A stretch of DNA of 64,000 nucleotides from Candidatus Thorarchaeota archaeon (GCA_030669595.1 DAOVDG010000001.1:6047-70046), one strand, 5' to 3'; shown: positions 17,532 through 28,176, counted from the first letter of the stretch. Numbers and translations are program-made. The notes: generated from the letters alone by a model not told the origin.

Positions 17532-20500
17532 GTGAACGCTGAAATGGCAGACGCATCATCAAAACCGGTTGTTATCATCGGCGCTGGGATAGCAGGGATG
17601 CGAGCCGCACTCGACCTTGCGGATATGGGAGTCAAGGTCTTTCTAGTCGAGAAGAATGCAAGCATTGGAGGACATATGGCTCAATTGGACAAGACATTTC
17701 CAACTCTGGACTGCTCCATCTGCATCCAAGGGCCTTGGATGGTTGACTGCTCCCGTCATCCGAACATTGAGATCTTAGTGCACTCTGAAGTCACCAATGT
17801 TTCAGGCACTCAAGGTAACTTCAAAGTCAAGGTATTGAAGCGCACTCGACGCGTTGACCCCGTGAAGTGCACTGGCTGCGGAGAATGTATGCGTGTCTGT
17901 CCTATCGAGATTCCGAATGAGTACGATTTGGGACTGATGATGCGCAAGGCGGCCTACATACCTTTCCCACAAGCAGTGCCCAATGTCGCAACAATCGATA
18001 TTGAGAACTGTATCCGATGCATGGTCTGTGTGAAGAGCTGTAGGGCAGAAGCAATCGATTTTGACATACCTGATGAAACAGTCGAAATTAGCGCGGGCTC
18101 AATCATAATTGCCACTGGCTTCAAGATGCTTGATGCCTCGACTGTTCCGGAGTATGGCTATGGAGCACTTCCCAATGTTGTAACAGCCCTAGAATATGAG
18201 AGGATGGTCTGCGCAAGTGGACCAACTGGGGGGGTAATCATGCGGCCCTCCGATGGACTCGAACCTCGCAGGATTGCATTTGTCCAATGTGTCGGTTCTC
18301 GCGATGTAAATCATTGCGCCTACTGCTCAAGGGTCTGTTGCACCTATGCCACTAAGGAAGCCATGATCACAATAGAGCATGATTCGAATGTCAAGATAGA
18401 CATTCTCTACAACGATATGAGGGTCTTTGGCAAAGGCTTCGAAGAGTTCATTGTGAGGGGAAAAACCGAGTACGGCATTAACTACGTGCGGGGACTCCCT
18501 AGCGACATAGGCGAAGATCCATCTACTCATGATCTGCTTCTTCGTCACACCGATGAAACGGGACACAAAGTGATTGAGGACAGATATGACCTTGTGGTGC
18601 TATGCCAAGCAATGGTCCCAAATGACAACACCGACTTGATGCAGATGCTTGGCATACATACAGACAAGTACGGTTTCATAGACGCTGACGGTGACACGAC
18701 AGAATGCATTGAAACTGGAGTTCCAGGTATCCATATGTGTGGGGCATGCAATAAGCCAAAGGACATCCCCGAGTCGGTCGCTGAAGGCAGCGCTGCCGCT
18801 GCACTGGCAACACTGGACATAGTCCTGCCCAAGTCCAGTGATACTGAGGCGATTACGGAGGTTGACCTCGAGCTAGCGGCGGGTGAGCCGAGGGTTGGGG
18901 TGTTCATCTGTTCCTGTGGTATTAACATAGCCGGCTATGTTGATGTGACTGAAGTAACCAAATACGCCGCAACTCTACCGAGTGTGGTTCACGCTGAAAA
19001 TCTGCTCTATGCATGCTCATCCGATGCTCAGGAAGTGATTAAAGACACTATCAGGGAACATCAGCTGAATCGTGTTGTCGTTGCATCGTGTACTCCAAGA
19101 ACACACGAGCCACTGTTCAGGGCGACGCTGGTAGAGGCTGGACTCAACAAATACCTTTTCGAGCTTGCCAACATTCGAGAACACTGCTCTTGGATACACA
19201 TGGGAATGAAGGATGAAGCCACCTCCAAGGCGATGGATCTGGTGAGGATGGCTGTTTCAAAGGTCATACTGTATCAAGCACAGGAAGAGGCAGTGGTCAG
19301 CGTAGAGCCGGCTGCTCTCGTAGTTGGCGCTGGAGTTGCTGGCATGGCGGCAGCAGAAATCATTGCTGGCAAGGGTTTCAAGGTATATCTTGTTGATAAG
19401 GAAGATAGTGTCGGAGGACTGTTGAACCAGCTGCCCACAGTCAACTTCGACCGTGTTTCCAGTCAGGGAATTATTGATGAATATGAAGAACGGTTGAATT
19501 CTAACCCTCAAATCGAGCTTCTTCTCAGCTCGAAGGTTGTGAATGTCAAGGGTGCGATAGGCGATTTTCAAGTGACCACGCGGAGCGGAAAAAAGAATAA
19601 GACCCTGAACGTCGGAGTGGTCATAGTGGCAACTGGCGCAGTCGAGCTTCAAGAGAAGGGACTCTATGGTCTGGGAAAGATGCCGGAAGTCATTACGCAA
19701 AGCCAGTTTGGTCAACGACTTGCGGCAGACAGTGGCATCACTGATGGAGACACCTTCATGGTGATACATTGTGCTGGGTCGCGGGAGGAAGAATCCCTTG
19801 AGGGCTCACGGACGTGGTGCTCTGGAATCTGCTGTGATGTTGCTCTCAATCACACGCTAGAACTCCTGGAAAGGTATCCTGCATCACACGTATTCCACCT
19901 CTACAGGGACTTGAGAGTGTCATACGATGGGGAGGACAGGTATCGTGAAGTCAGACAGAAAGGCGCTGTCTTCATCAAGTATGATAGGGACTCGCCGCCA
20001 GTGGTGAAGAAAGGGAAGAACAAGGTGATCAAAGTCACAGTTCCCGACATGGCTTTCGGGACAAATCTTGTTGTGGAGGTGGACCATGTGATACTTGCCA
20101 CGGCAATGATTCCGCCTGAGTCCAACAAGCAGATTTCTGAGTTGTTCAAGGTGCCAATGAATATGTCGGGCTTTCTGATGGAAGCACATCCCAAGCTCAG
20201 ACCAATCGACTTCGCGACTGATGGTGTGTACGTGGCCGGTTGTGCAACTGCACCCAAATCAATACAACAAGCCATCGCGCAGGGCCGAGGCGCGGCTGCA
20301 AGGGCGCTCATTCCACTTGTCAATGGAACACGAAGTGCTGAGGCGATAGTTGCCACAGTAGACCCAGAGGTCTGCGTGGGCTGTGGCACTTGCGAGGTGA
20401 ACTGTGTATACAGCGCAATCGAGGTCGTACCCGGTGACGGCAGCCATGACTACGCAGTCGCAAATCCGGTCCTCTGTCAAGGATGTGGAAAATGCGGGGC

Positions 20501-20999
20501 TTCATGTCCCGCAGGTGCTATCACGATGAAGCACTTCACAGACGATCAGATAATGGCACAAATTCGTAGTGCACTCGAAGACATGCCTACAGACCAGTCA
20601 CGGATTCTTGCAATTGTGTGTACTTGGTGTTCCTATGCTGGTGCCGACAGTGCTGGTGTTTCGAGGCTCCAACAGCCAACGACAGTACGTGATATTCGCA
20701 TTATGTGTACTGCCAGAGTAAGCGTGACACACATTCTTGAGGCTTTTAGACTCGGGGCCGATATGGTCTGGATTTCGGGCTGCCACTTCGGCGACTGTCA
20801 TTATGTTGACGGGAATCTTGCATTTGATAGAAGATTTCAGATTGCCAAGCGGATTATCGAGAAAGCAGGTTTCGAACCCGAGCGGCTTCAGTTCACACAA
20901 ATAAGCGCCAGTGAGGGGTCAATCTGGGCGGAGAAGGTTAAGGAGCTGACCAAGATCGCTGATAGACTGGGGCCAAGCCCGTTGAGACCAAGGAGATGA
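17532..20999 (+). CDS. hdrA: giant fusion protein: HdrA-like FAD/FeS module, then a canonical HdrA, then an MvhD domain
   Basis: Two GxGxxG FAD sites (VVIIGAGIAGM, ALVVGAGVAGM). An inserted ferredoxin (CTGCGECMRVCP...CIRCMVCVKSC). HdrA N-domain motif RVGVFICSCGINIAGYVD in mid-protein. C-terminal ferredoxin (CVGCGTCEVNC...CQGCGKCGASCP). Terminal MvhD-like segment (ILAIVCTWCSYAGAD...ISGCHFGDCHY). Confidence 0.9.
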   Translation: MNAEMADASSKPVVIIGAGIAGMRAALDLADMGVKVFLVEKNASIGGHMAQLDKTFPTLDCSICIQGPWMVDCSRHPNIEILVHSEVTNVSGTQGNFKVKVLKRTRRVDPVKCTGCGECMRVCPIEIPNEYDLGLMMRKAAYIPFPQAVPNVATIDIENCIRCMVCVKSCRAEAIDFDIPDETVEISAGSIIIATGFKMLDASTVPEYGYGALPNVVTALEYERMVCASGPTGGVIMRPSDGLEPRRIAFVQCVGSRDVNHCAYCSRVCCTYATKEAMITIEHDSNVKIDILYNDMRVFGKGFEEFIVRGKTEYGINYVRGLPSDIGEDPSTHDLLLRHTDETGHKVIEDRYDLVVLCQAMVPNDNTDLMQMLGIHTDKYGFIDADGDTTECIETGVPGIHMCGACNKPKDIPESVAEGSAAAALATLDIVLPKSSDTEAITEVDLELAAGEPRVGVFICSCGINIAGYVDVTEVTKYAATLPSVVHAENLLYACSSDAQEVIKDTIREHQLNRVVVASCTPRTHEPLFRATLVEAGLNKYLFELANIREHCSWIHMGMKDEATSKAMDLVRMAVSKVILYQAQEEAVVSVEPAALVVGAGVAGMAAAEIIAGKGFKVYLVDKEDSVGGLLNQLPTVNFDRVSSQGIIDEYEERLNSNPQIELLLSSKVVNVKGAIGDFQVTTRSGKKNKTLNVGVVIVATGAVELQEKGLYGLGKMPEVITQSQFGQRLAADSGITDGDTFMVIHCAGSREEESLEGSRTWCSGICCDVALNHTLELLERYPASHVFHLYRDLRVSYDGEDRYREVRQKGAVFIKYDRDSPPVVKKGKNKVIKVTVPDMAFGTNLVVEVDHVILATAMIPPESNKQISELFKVPMNMSGFLMEAHPKLRPIDFATDGVYVAGCATAPKSIQQAIAQGRGAAARALIPLVNGTRSAEAIVATVDPEVCVGCGTCEVNCVYSAIEVVPGDGSHDYAVANPVLCQGCGKCGASCPAGAITMKHFTDDQIMAQIRSALEDMPTDQSRILAIVCTWCSYAGADSAGVSRLQQPTTVRDIRIMCTARVSVTHILEAFRLGADMVWISGCHFGDCHYVDGNLAFDRRFQIAKRIIEKAGFEPERLQFTQISASEGSIWAEKVKELTKIADRLGPSPLRPRR

Positions 21000-21006
21000 T
21001 GGCTAA

Positions 21007-21543
21007 TTGACTAAAAGCTGGGGCACTTTCACATCCTTCAAGGGAACCACCATTGAGATTGCCGCTCCTGACTTCACAGAAGTGGTCAAGAAACTGACTG
21101 GGGGAAAGGACCTGACAGCATGCTTTCAGTGCACAAAGTGTACTGCTGGATGTCCAGTCACTGAAAAAGTATCCATCCAAGTACACGAAATCATGAGAAT
21201 GCTTCTCTTGGGCATGAAAGAAGTTCTTGAAACCGACATGATTTGGCGATGCACATCTTGCTACACATGCCAAGAGCGATGTCCTCAGGGCATTGATGTA
21301 ACAGACATCCTGATTGGTCTAAAGAACTTGGCATACGAAGATGGCATTGGTCCGGATGCTTACCGAGAGAATGCCAAGAGCGTCCTAGAATCAGGTTTCG
21401 CGTATCAAACCTCAGGATTCAGAAGGAAGAAGAGGGATGCAAAGGGTCTCCCGGCGCTGCCGGAGGCAAACATGGCGGAAGTGGAGAAGCTAGCAGAGCT
21501 AACAGGACTCAAGGCCTTGTTGGAAGAGGATGAAGCAAAATGA
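21007..21543 (+). CDS. hdrC: heterodisulfide reductase subunit C (paralog 3)
   Basis: CFQCTKCTAGCP and CTSCYTCQERCP motifs. Immediately downstream of the hdrA fusion. Confidence 0.9.
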   Translation: MTKSWGTFTSFKGTTIEIAAPDFTEVVKKLTGGKDLTACFQCTKCTAGCPVTEKVSIQVHEIMRMLLLGMKEVLETDMIWRCTSCYTCQERCPQGIDVTDILIGLKNLAYEDGIGPDAYRENAKSVLESGFAYQTSGFRRKKRDAKGLPALPEANMAEVEKLAELTGLKALLEEDEAK

Positions 21544-22442
21544 CCAAGAACAGGACCCGAGAGAAACGGTTCGCCTTCTTCCTAGGTTGCGTGACTCCGT
21601 TTCGCGAGGTGAGCTACGAAACAGCCTCAAGACGTGTTTGTGAGGAACTGGGAATTGAGTTGGTGGACATGGACGGAGTCAATTGCTGTGGCTTGCCAAT
21701 TGAGGCAATTAACCGAGACATGGCGCTGTCTATGGCGGCTAGAAATATAGTAATCGCAGAAGAGATGGGTCTTGATATTGTCACAATATGCTCTGGTTGT
21801 GCAGGTGCTCTCACGAAAACCAACGGTATCATGAAAGAGAACTCGGAGGTTCGGAATCAGATTAACAAGTACTTGAAGAAGATTGGCCGAGAGTTCAAGG
21901 GTACGATAGAAGTCAAGCATTTTGCCAGAGTACTGCTTGAGGACATTGGAATCGAAAAACTGAGGAAGCTCATCAAACACCCCTTAACAGCGCTCAGAAT
22001 TGCCGGTCACTACGGCTGCCATGTCCTGAAACCCGCTGCTCACATGAAGTTCGAGAATCCAGAAGACCCGACTTTCTTGCATGAGCTGATCGAATTGACT
22101 GGTGCTACTGATGCGCGATATGAGGGTGAAAAGGACTGCTGTGGAGGTATGGTCGTAGGTGTCGATACGGACATACCTCTGAGTCAAGTTCGAAAGAAGA
22201 TGAACCATGTCAAAGAAGCTGGAGCACAGGCGCTAGTGACAATCTGTCCCAGCTGCCACCTGATGCTTGACTCTAATCAGGAGCGGGCTGGCAAACCATT
22301 CGACGAAACCTACAACATGCCGGTCCTTCATTATCCGCAACTCCTAGGACTTGCCATGGGCATCCCCCCCGAGGAACTGGCCTTGGATGAATTGAAGGTG
22401 AAGGCTGACGAGGTCCTTTTGGCTATCAAGGGCTTATCCTGA
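21540..22442 (+). CDS. hdrB: heterodisulfide reductase subunit B (paralog 3)
   Basis: CCG domains (CCGLPIE...CSGCAG and CCGGMVVG...CPSCHLM). 4-nt overlap with hdrC. Confidence 0.9.
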   Translation: MTKNRTREKRFAFFLGCVTPFREVSYETASRRVCEELGIELVDMDGVNCCGLPIEAINRDMALSMAARNIVIAEEMGLDIVTICSGCAGALTKTNGIMKENSEVRNQINKYLKKIGREFKGTIEVKHFARVLLEDIGIEKLRKLIKHPLTALRIAGHYGCHVLKPAAHMKFENPEDPTFLHELIELTGATDARYEGEKDCCGGMVVGVDTDIPLSQVRKKMNHVKEAGAQALVTICPSCHLMLDSNQERAGKPFDETYNMPVLHYPQLLGLAMGIPPEELALDELKVKADEVLLAIKGLS

Positions 22443-22459
22443 ATAAAATGTGTACATCA

Positions 22460-23626
22460 TTAGATGAAGCGTTTCATTAGCTCCTCTACTATGTGGTCGA
22501 TGTTTTCAGCAGTGACACCAAGCGCATCATAGGCCTCTTGGGCACGAATAGCTCTCAATGGAGCATCCATGTCTTTCAGGGTTGAGAAGACTCCAATTCT
22601 TCGGCCTATCTGGTACAGACGCTGTTTCTCGGGTTTCATCGCAAGGAACGCCCGTAATGGGTCGAGCATCTTCTCTTTGTCTTTGGGGAGAGTTCCTTCC
22701 ACTTCTGAGAACAGATTCAGTATGTGGTCGCTCTTAACAACACTTGTGATTCCTTTCAGGTTCTCAATCAGCTTAAGGAGTTCACCCACTACCATCATAT
22801 CTGTGCATCTCTCAAAGCGCCCATCTATGCATTCCTTCCAGAGTGGTGCGACGATTGGGATTGCCAGCTGTCTGAGTCGTATGAAATCCGGATTGATCTG
22901 ATTCAGCGCATCTGCGGTTTCTAGTGCATGTTCTTCTGATAATCGTACTCCCCCGAGACCTGGCATAACGTATTCTGAGAGCTCCAATCCTGCTCTCTTG
23001 GCTTTCAGGCCTGCACTAACATGAATGGCCTTAGTCGCACCTTTCTTGACCAGCTTCAACACGTTGTCAGAACCGGACTCGAGACCTACATGGACTCTAT
23101 CTAAGCCTGATTTTCTTATCGCCTTCAATTCCTCCTCATCTATCCTTGCTAGTGTGCTTGAACGAGAATAGGATGTCACACGATTCACGAGAGGAAAGCG
23201 GCTTCTAATGTGCTTCAGAATCTCAATCAATTCCGAGGGCCGCACTGTCAGACTGTCTGCATCCTGCAGAAAAATGGAACTCATTCCAGCTCTGAACCAT
23301 CTAAAGGCGCTATCAAATGCCGTCCATTCCCCTGACTCAAGATTGTCAGTTGCGTTCCTGACTTGCGCTATTGGCAAGCCATCGTGCTCATCGGCAATCC
23401 CTTGGAGGATTCCCACACATCTGTAGACTAAGTCAATGTCCTTCTTCACGTGGTCTACTGAACGTTTCGAATACCGTGCCCCCTTGTATACCGGACAAAA
23501 GGTGCAGCGATTCCACGGGCAGTTCCTAGTAACACGCAGGAGGAGACTATGCGCCTCGTTCGGGGGCCGTATGGGCCCCTGTTCAAAACCGGAATAAGAA
23601 TGACCACGTGGTGGAGTTTCTGTCAT
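22460..23626 (-). CDS. radical SAM domain protein
   Basis: CPWNRCTFCP is a Cx4Cx2C variant of the radical SAM cluster motif. Convergent with the hdrACB operon. Confidence 0.65.
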   Translation of the reverse strand: MTETPPRGHSYSGFEQGPIRPPNEAHSLLLRVTRNCPWNRCTFCPVYKGARYSKRSVDHVKKDIDLVYRCVGILQGIADEHDGLPIAQVRNATDNLESGEWTAFDSAFRWFRAGMSSIFLQDADSLTVRPSELIEILKHIRSRFPLVNRVTSYSRSSTLARIDEEELKAIRKSGLDRVHVGLESGSDNVLKLVKKGATKAIHVSAGLKAKRAGLELSEYVMPGLGGVRLSEEHALETADALNQINPDFIRLRQLAIPIVAPLWKECIDGRFERCTDMMVVGELLKLIENLKGITSVVKSDHILNLFSEVEGTLPKDKEKMLDPLRAFLAMKPEKQRLYQIGRRIGVFSTLKDMDAPLRAIRAQEAYDALGVTAENIDHIVEELMKRFI

Positions 23627-23708
23627 GCCCTAACAACTCGTTTCCTATTCAAGTTCGTAGGCTGTTGCAGGACTACACCACGCGGGTGCATGTTATCACA
23701 TTCCAAAT

Positions 23709-25046
23709 TTACAAGTTCTTGATGATCTCTTCTCCAAATGCACTCGTGGAGATTGGCTCCACTGTCGGTTTCAGTTGCCGCGCGATATCGTACGTGACCT
23801 TCTTAGACTCAACCGCCCTAGAAACTGCGGTCTTGATCATCTCAGATGCCTCGTTCCATCCCATGTGTTCCAACAGAAGACATGCAGACAAGGTGATAGA
23901 ACCTGGGTTGATTCGGTTCTTTCCGGCATGCTTCGGAGCGGTTCCATGTGTCGCTTCGGCGAAGAAAATATCATCGCTGAGATTTGCACCGGGAGCAAAC
24001 CCAAGTCCACCAACTTGAGCAGCCAATTGGTCTGAGAGATAGTCACCATTGAGGTTAGGCAGCGCTGCGACTTCATACTCACGAGGTCTCAGAAGCACTT
24101 GTTGGAACATCGCATCCATTATGCGGTCATTCACAAGGATCTTTCCGTCAGCGTAGGCCTTCTCTCTGTCGCCACCGTACTTGTCGTTCAGTTCCTTTTC
24201 AGTAACGATTTGGTCTCTGAATTCATTGATGGCAACTTCATAACCCCAGTTTCTGAACTGGCCTTCGGTGGCTTTCATGATATTACCTTTGTGACAGAGA
24301 GTCACCACACGCCTCTTGTGGTCAATGGCATACTGAATTGCTTTTCTGACCAATCGCTTGGTGTTCTCGGGGGACATTGGTTTCACAGAGATGCCCGCAG
24401 AAGACCGCAAGCTATCGGAGTCCGCTGGCACATTCCATTCAGTTCTGAGGAAATGTATGAGCTTCTGTGTCCTCGCAGTTCCCGGATAGCCCTCTATGCC
24501 TGCGTATATGTCCTCTATGTTCTCTCTGAAAATCACCATATCTATTGCATCGGGATCTTTGACCGGGGCCGGGACACCTTTGATGTGCCACACAGGTCTA
24601 AGACAGACAAACAAGCCCAATGACTTGCGGATGCCGACGTTTATCGAGGAGAAGCCCTTACCTATGGGGGTTGTGCATGGCCCCTTGATCGCTAAATGGT
24701 AGTCCCGAACGACCTTCAGTGTGTCATCGGGCAAATAGGCCTTTCTCTGGTCATCAGGGCTGAGTGCCTTAAGCTCCTCATCCGTAACCTCAGGGGAATA
24801 AAGGTTTCTCGCCTTATCGCCGGCATAAATCTCGAACCATTCGAACTTCCGCTTCCTGTCGTATGCCTTCTCTACTGCGGCGTCCACGATCTTCATCATT
24901 ACCTTAGTAATCTCAGGGCCAATGCCATCTCCCTCAACCCAACAGACTATGGGATTGTCGGGAATATTCCATTGACCATCCTTGACTGTAACTTTCTCTC
25001 CCTTTGAGGGTGGAACTAGTTTCTCGTACTTTGTCATTACATTCAC
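23709..25046 (-). CDS. icd: NADP-dependent isocitrate dehydrogenase
   Basis: Collinear with bacterial-type IDH, for example EGDGIGPEIT, NLNGDYLSDQLAAQVGGLG and ATHGTAPK. Confidence 0.9.
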   Translation of the reverse strand: MNVMTKYEKLVPPSKGEKVTVKDGQWNIPDNPIVCWVEGDGIGPEITKVMMKIVDAAVEKAYDRKRKFEWFEIYAGDKARNLYSPEVTDEELKALSPDDQRKAYLPDDTLKVVRDYHLAIKGPCTTPIGKGFSSINVGIRKSLGLFVCLRPVWHIKGVPAPVKDPDAIDMVIFRENIEDIYAGIEGYPGTARTQKLIHFLRTEWNVPADSDSLRSSAGISVKPMSPENTKRLVRKAIQYAIDHKRRVVTLCHKGNIMKATEGQFRNWGYEVAINEFRDQIVTEKELNDKYGGDREKAYADGKILVNDRIMDAMFQQVLLRPREYEVAALPNLNGDYLSDQLAAQVGGLGFAPGANLSDDIFFAEATHGTAPKHAGKNRINPGSITLSACLLLEHMGWNEASEMIKTAVSRAVESKKVTYDIARQLKPTVEPISTSAFGEEIIKNL

Positions 25047-25052
25047 ACTCCT

Positions 25053-26891
25053 TCATTTCGAAGCGTATAGTATCTCATCCCACGGCTGTCGATACAGCGC
25101 GGCACGTTGGCGTTTCTGGTCGAATATGTGCCCCATCATCCCGATTGATCTCCCAAGCACAAAGAGCCCGTTCAAGACCTCTGTGTCCAAGACATCTTGT
25201 TTTTCTTCAAGTGTTAGGTCAAGATTCTCCATCAGGTCAAGGAAGCAGATTCCAATGCAACCGTCCACATTGAGAATCAAGTTATTCCTCTTTTGTGTGG
25301 TCAACTTCTCGACCTCAAGAGCATAGTCTAGGTATGGGTGCTTCGGGAAGTTCTCATTTACGAACTTTTTCAGCAGCGTAACGCGGATATCCGGATTCTG
25401 AACTGACTTGATTCTATGGCCAATTCCTGGGATGTTAATGCCTACAACGTCCTTCATGTAATTAATGAAGTCCGGTGGATGCTTTCCGGAATCCAAAGCC
25501 ATTTTGAAATACTTGGCAGCATCGGAGATAGCACCGCCGAATCTTGGGCCTATCGTCAATATACCACTTGCCAGTGACGCCATCAAATCCTTTCCAGCTC
25601 GCGCAGTCACAATGGCGTTGTGAGCGCCCGATACGGCTGGGCCGTGGTCCGCAGTCAACTTCAGCACTAGTTCGATGTACTTTGCGGCAAACGGAGGCAA
25701 CTCCTTCTTCAGCCAGAGCAGCCCAATCACGTACCCAAGAGAGAGCTCTTCACTGATTATCTTATCAATCGGAACTCCATTGTACGTGAGGATGTCACCC
25801 CTCTCGTTAGAAATGGTGACTACCACGTCTGTCGGTCTTCGAACAATCCCTTGAACTGCAGCTTTTCCATAGTCCTGAGGAATCTGTGGGGGCTCAAAGT
25901 CCTCTAAGGGCTCTATCTTCCCTTCGGCCTTCAATTTCTCAAAGGTTTCACGTATCTTGTCACCGAAAGTGTCGTATGATTCAGGGACAATAATTCCGAC
26001 TTCAGCAAGCGCTTTATTCTTTGCGTCCGCTGTTTCCATATCACTCCCGGCCATTGCACCGGCGTGACCGAATTGAACGCCTGCTGGGAATATCTTGGAA
26101 GAAGTACCTGTCACCCACATCACGAGGGGTTTCTTGACACGACCATCTTTCACGGCCTCGACAATCGAGTACTCGTCCATGCCTCCAATCTCACCCAAAC
26201 AAACAATCATCTTCACCTGTGGATTAGCCTCGTATCGAAGGATGTGGTCGATGAGCAAAGATCCAGCGTACCGGTCTCCGCCAATTGCAATGCCCTCTAG
26301 TATTCCGTCTGTGTTTTGGGATATCATGAAGTTCATTTCATTGCTCATACCGCCGGACTTGGAAACGAAACCAACGCTGCCTGGTCGATAGAGCTTTGAT
26401 TTGATGATGTTCTCTATTGTGCCTGCTGTATTGGCAATCTTGAAGGCGCCTGCTCGAATTCCACCGACAGTAGCGGGTCCGATGATTATCTTATTCTTCT
26501 CTTTTGCGAGCTTGATGAGCTCTCGGCTTTGTCGCTCTGGCATTCCTTCAGCAATAATGACCAAGACCCGAATGCTCTCAGTTTCCAAAGCCTCTTTCGA
26601 TGTTGGATGGGATGATCGGAACGACGAGAAGTTGATTAGGACATCTGCTGTAGTATGATTCTTTGCGGCAAGCTCCAGCGTCTTGTAGATAGGAATAACA
26701 ATCTCCTTGCCACCCCAGAAAACCTTGTGGTATCCGATTGCCCCTGCTTGAGTGGGCCGGATTATCGCAGCAACACTAGGCTTGTCCCTCTTGCTGACAA
26801 AATCAAAGTCCAACATTCGCTGGATTGCGTTCCGCTGGAATCCGTAAACAATCGCTTGGGAATCTCTATTGAATAGTTCATAGTCTTCCAT
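25053..26891 (-). CDS. aclA: ATP-citrate lyase alpha subunit
   Basis: Succinyl-CoA synthetase alpha-like region with the phospho-His loop FGHAGA. The C-terminal citrate synthase-like domain has GHRIKS. The 612 aa length is typical of AclA. Confidence 0.85.
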   Translation of the reverse strand: MEDYELFNRDSQAIVYGFQRNAIQRMLDFDFVSKRDKPSVAAIIRPTQAGAIGYHKVFWGGKEIVIPIYKTLELAAKNHTTADVLINFSSFRSSHPTSKEALETESIRVLVIIAEGMPERQSRELIKLAKEKNKIIIGPATVGGIRAGAFKIANTAGTIENIIKSKLYRPGSVGFVSKSGGMSNEMNFMISQNTDGILEGIAIGGDRYAGSLLIDHILRYEANPQVKMIVCLGEIGGMDEYSIVEAVKDGRVKKPLVMWVTGTSSKIFPAGVQFGHAGAMAGSDMETADAKNKALAEVGIIVPESYDTFGDKIRETFEKLKAEGKIEPLEDFEPPQIPQDYGKAAVQGIVRRPTDVVVTISNERGDILTYNGVPIDKIISEELSLGYVIGLLWLKKELPPFAAKYIELVLKLTADHGPAVSGAHNAIVTARAGKDLMASLASGILTIGPRFGGAISDAAKYFKMALDSGKHPPDFINYMKDVVGINIPGIGHRIKSVQNPDIRVTLLKKFVNENFPKHPYLDYALEVEKLTTQKRNNLILNVDGCIGICFLDLMENLDLTLEEKQDVLDTEVLNGLFVLGRSIGMMGHIFDQKRQRAALYRQPWDEILYASK

Positions 26892-26898
26892 TCTCGCA

Positions 26899-28176
26899 TC
26901 ACTCCTTCAGGGCCAAAGGTACGATTCGGGTCATTGGAGTGTATCTGTCGTACACTTCGATGGGAATGCCCATTTCTTCTCCGACATCCTTCATGAGCTT
27001 CAGGCCCTCCTTCTCATTGGGCCCTCCACGACGTACATAGATCTTCACGTTCACTTTCTTTAGCTTGTCAGCTGATTTTCTCAGAGCACTCACAATCCCT
27101 GCGAAAGTGGCTTTCACATCTGTGAAGTTTGCGATTCCGCCACCGACTAGGAGGATTTTCGGGCGCCCCTTTGGATCCGGCTTCTTTGTCATGAGATCAA
27201 TAAGTGTCTGGGCGTACAACTCAGTGTGCTCGCGACTAGGGTTCCCACTATACTCTCCGTAGTTCGCCAGTTCATTGCCAAATCCCAAGTCCACGATGGT
27301 GTCTGCGTAGACAACGCTTGCACCGCCTCCGGCGACCATAGTCCAAATTCGTTTGTCGCGATCGAGAACCGTTAACTTCAGCGAGGAACCTGTTTGTTCG
27401 TCGATGCTTCTGATGTATTCTTCCTCTTTGGAGAACTTCTGACCGAACGAAACTGGAAACTTAATCGGGTTATCGTAGTTGCCCCACGTGTCGGAATGCT
27501 TGAACGCCGCTGTATCATCAAGACGAGCTTTGAGGTCCAGAGGAACCACCAATTTGTCTTCAGTGACAGCGAAAGGATTGATTTCCATGAATGCGAAGTC
27601 CTGGTCAATGTAGACCTGCAGTAACCCCTTGACAAAGGAAACAACAACATCTTCCAGCTCCCCAAGGTCTGGCAGCTTCTCGGCCAGATTGAATGCGTCG
27701 ATGTCAGTCCCGATTGGTATCGGAATGTGCAACACCTTATCCCAGTTCTCCTCCACGAAAATACCTCCTTCCAACGAGAAATGGATTATGTCATTTTCGC
27801 GGTCTGACGTGATGGAAACATAGAACTCCTTGTCATGAGGAATGAAGGGTTCGACTAGGAATCTATTCAGAGTCCCTTTCGTTTCACCGACGATCATCTC
27901 CTTGTCCATCTTCTCTTTAATGAATGACTTCAGGTCGGCTAAGCTTGCATCGAGTAGTAGTAGATTCGCCTTGCCTCTCTTGCCGAATAGCTGGTCTGGT
28001 TTTGCGGCCAGCTTGTCAGTTTTCAGCCACGGATTGTCTTTCACAAGTTCCTCCCATTTGGTGTCGGGAGTTATTACAGCTAGTTTCCCGTGGTAATTGA
28101 ACTCAGGGAAGTACTTAGGCAACTCTCCAGCAATCAATTTCTTTGCCGAATACTCGTGGATTGATTTTTGCGCCAT
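26899..28176 (-). CDS. aclB: ATP-citrate lyase beta subunit (ATP-grasp)
   Basis: N-terminal ATP-grasp resembling succinyl-CoA synthetase beta. 425 aa, immediately upstream of aclA. Confidence 0.85.
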   Translation of the reverse strand: MAQKSIHEYSAKKLIAGELPKYFPEFNYHGKLAVITPDTKWEELVKDNPWLKTDKLAAKPDQLFGKRGKANLLLLDASLADLKSFIKEKMDKEMIVGETKGTLNRFLVEPFIPHDKEFYVSITSDRENDIIHFSLEGGIFVEENWDKVLHIPIPIGTDIDAFNLAEKLPDLGELEDVVVSFVKGLLQVYIDQDFAFMEINPFAVTEDKLVVPLDLKARLDDTAAFKHSDTWGNYDNPIKFPVSFGQKFSKEEEYIRSIDEQTGSSLKLTVLDRDKRIWTMVAGGGASVVYADTIVDLGFGNELANYGEYSGNPSREHTELYAQTLIDLMTKKPDPKGRPKILLVGGGIANFTDVKATFAGIVSALRKSADKLKKVNVKIYVRRGGPNEKEGLKLMKDVGEEMGIPIEVYDRYTPMTRIVPLALKE

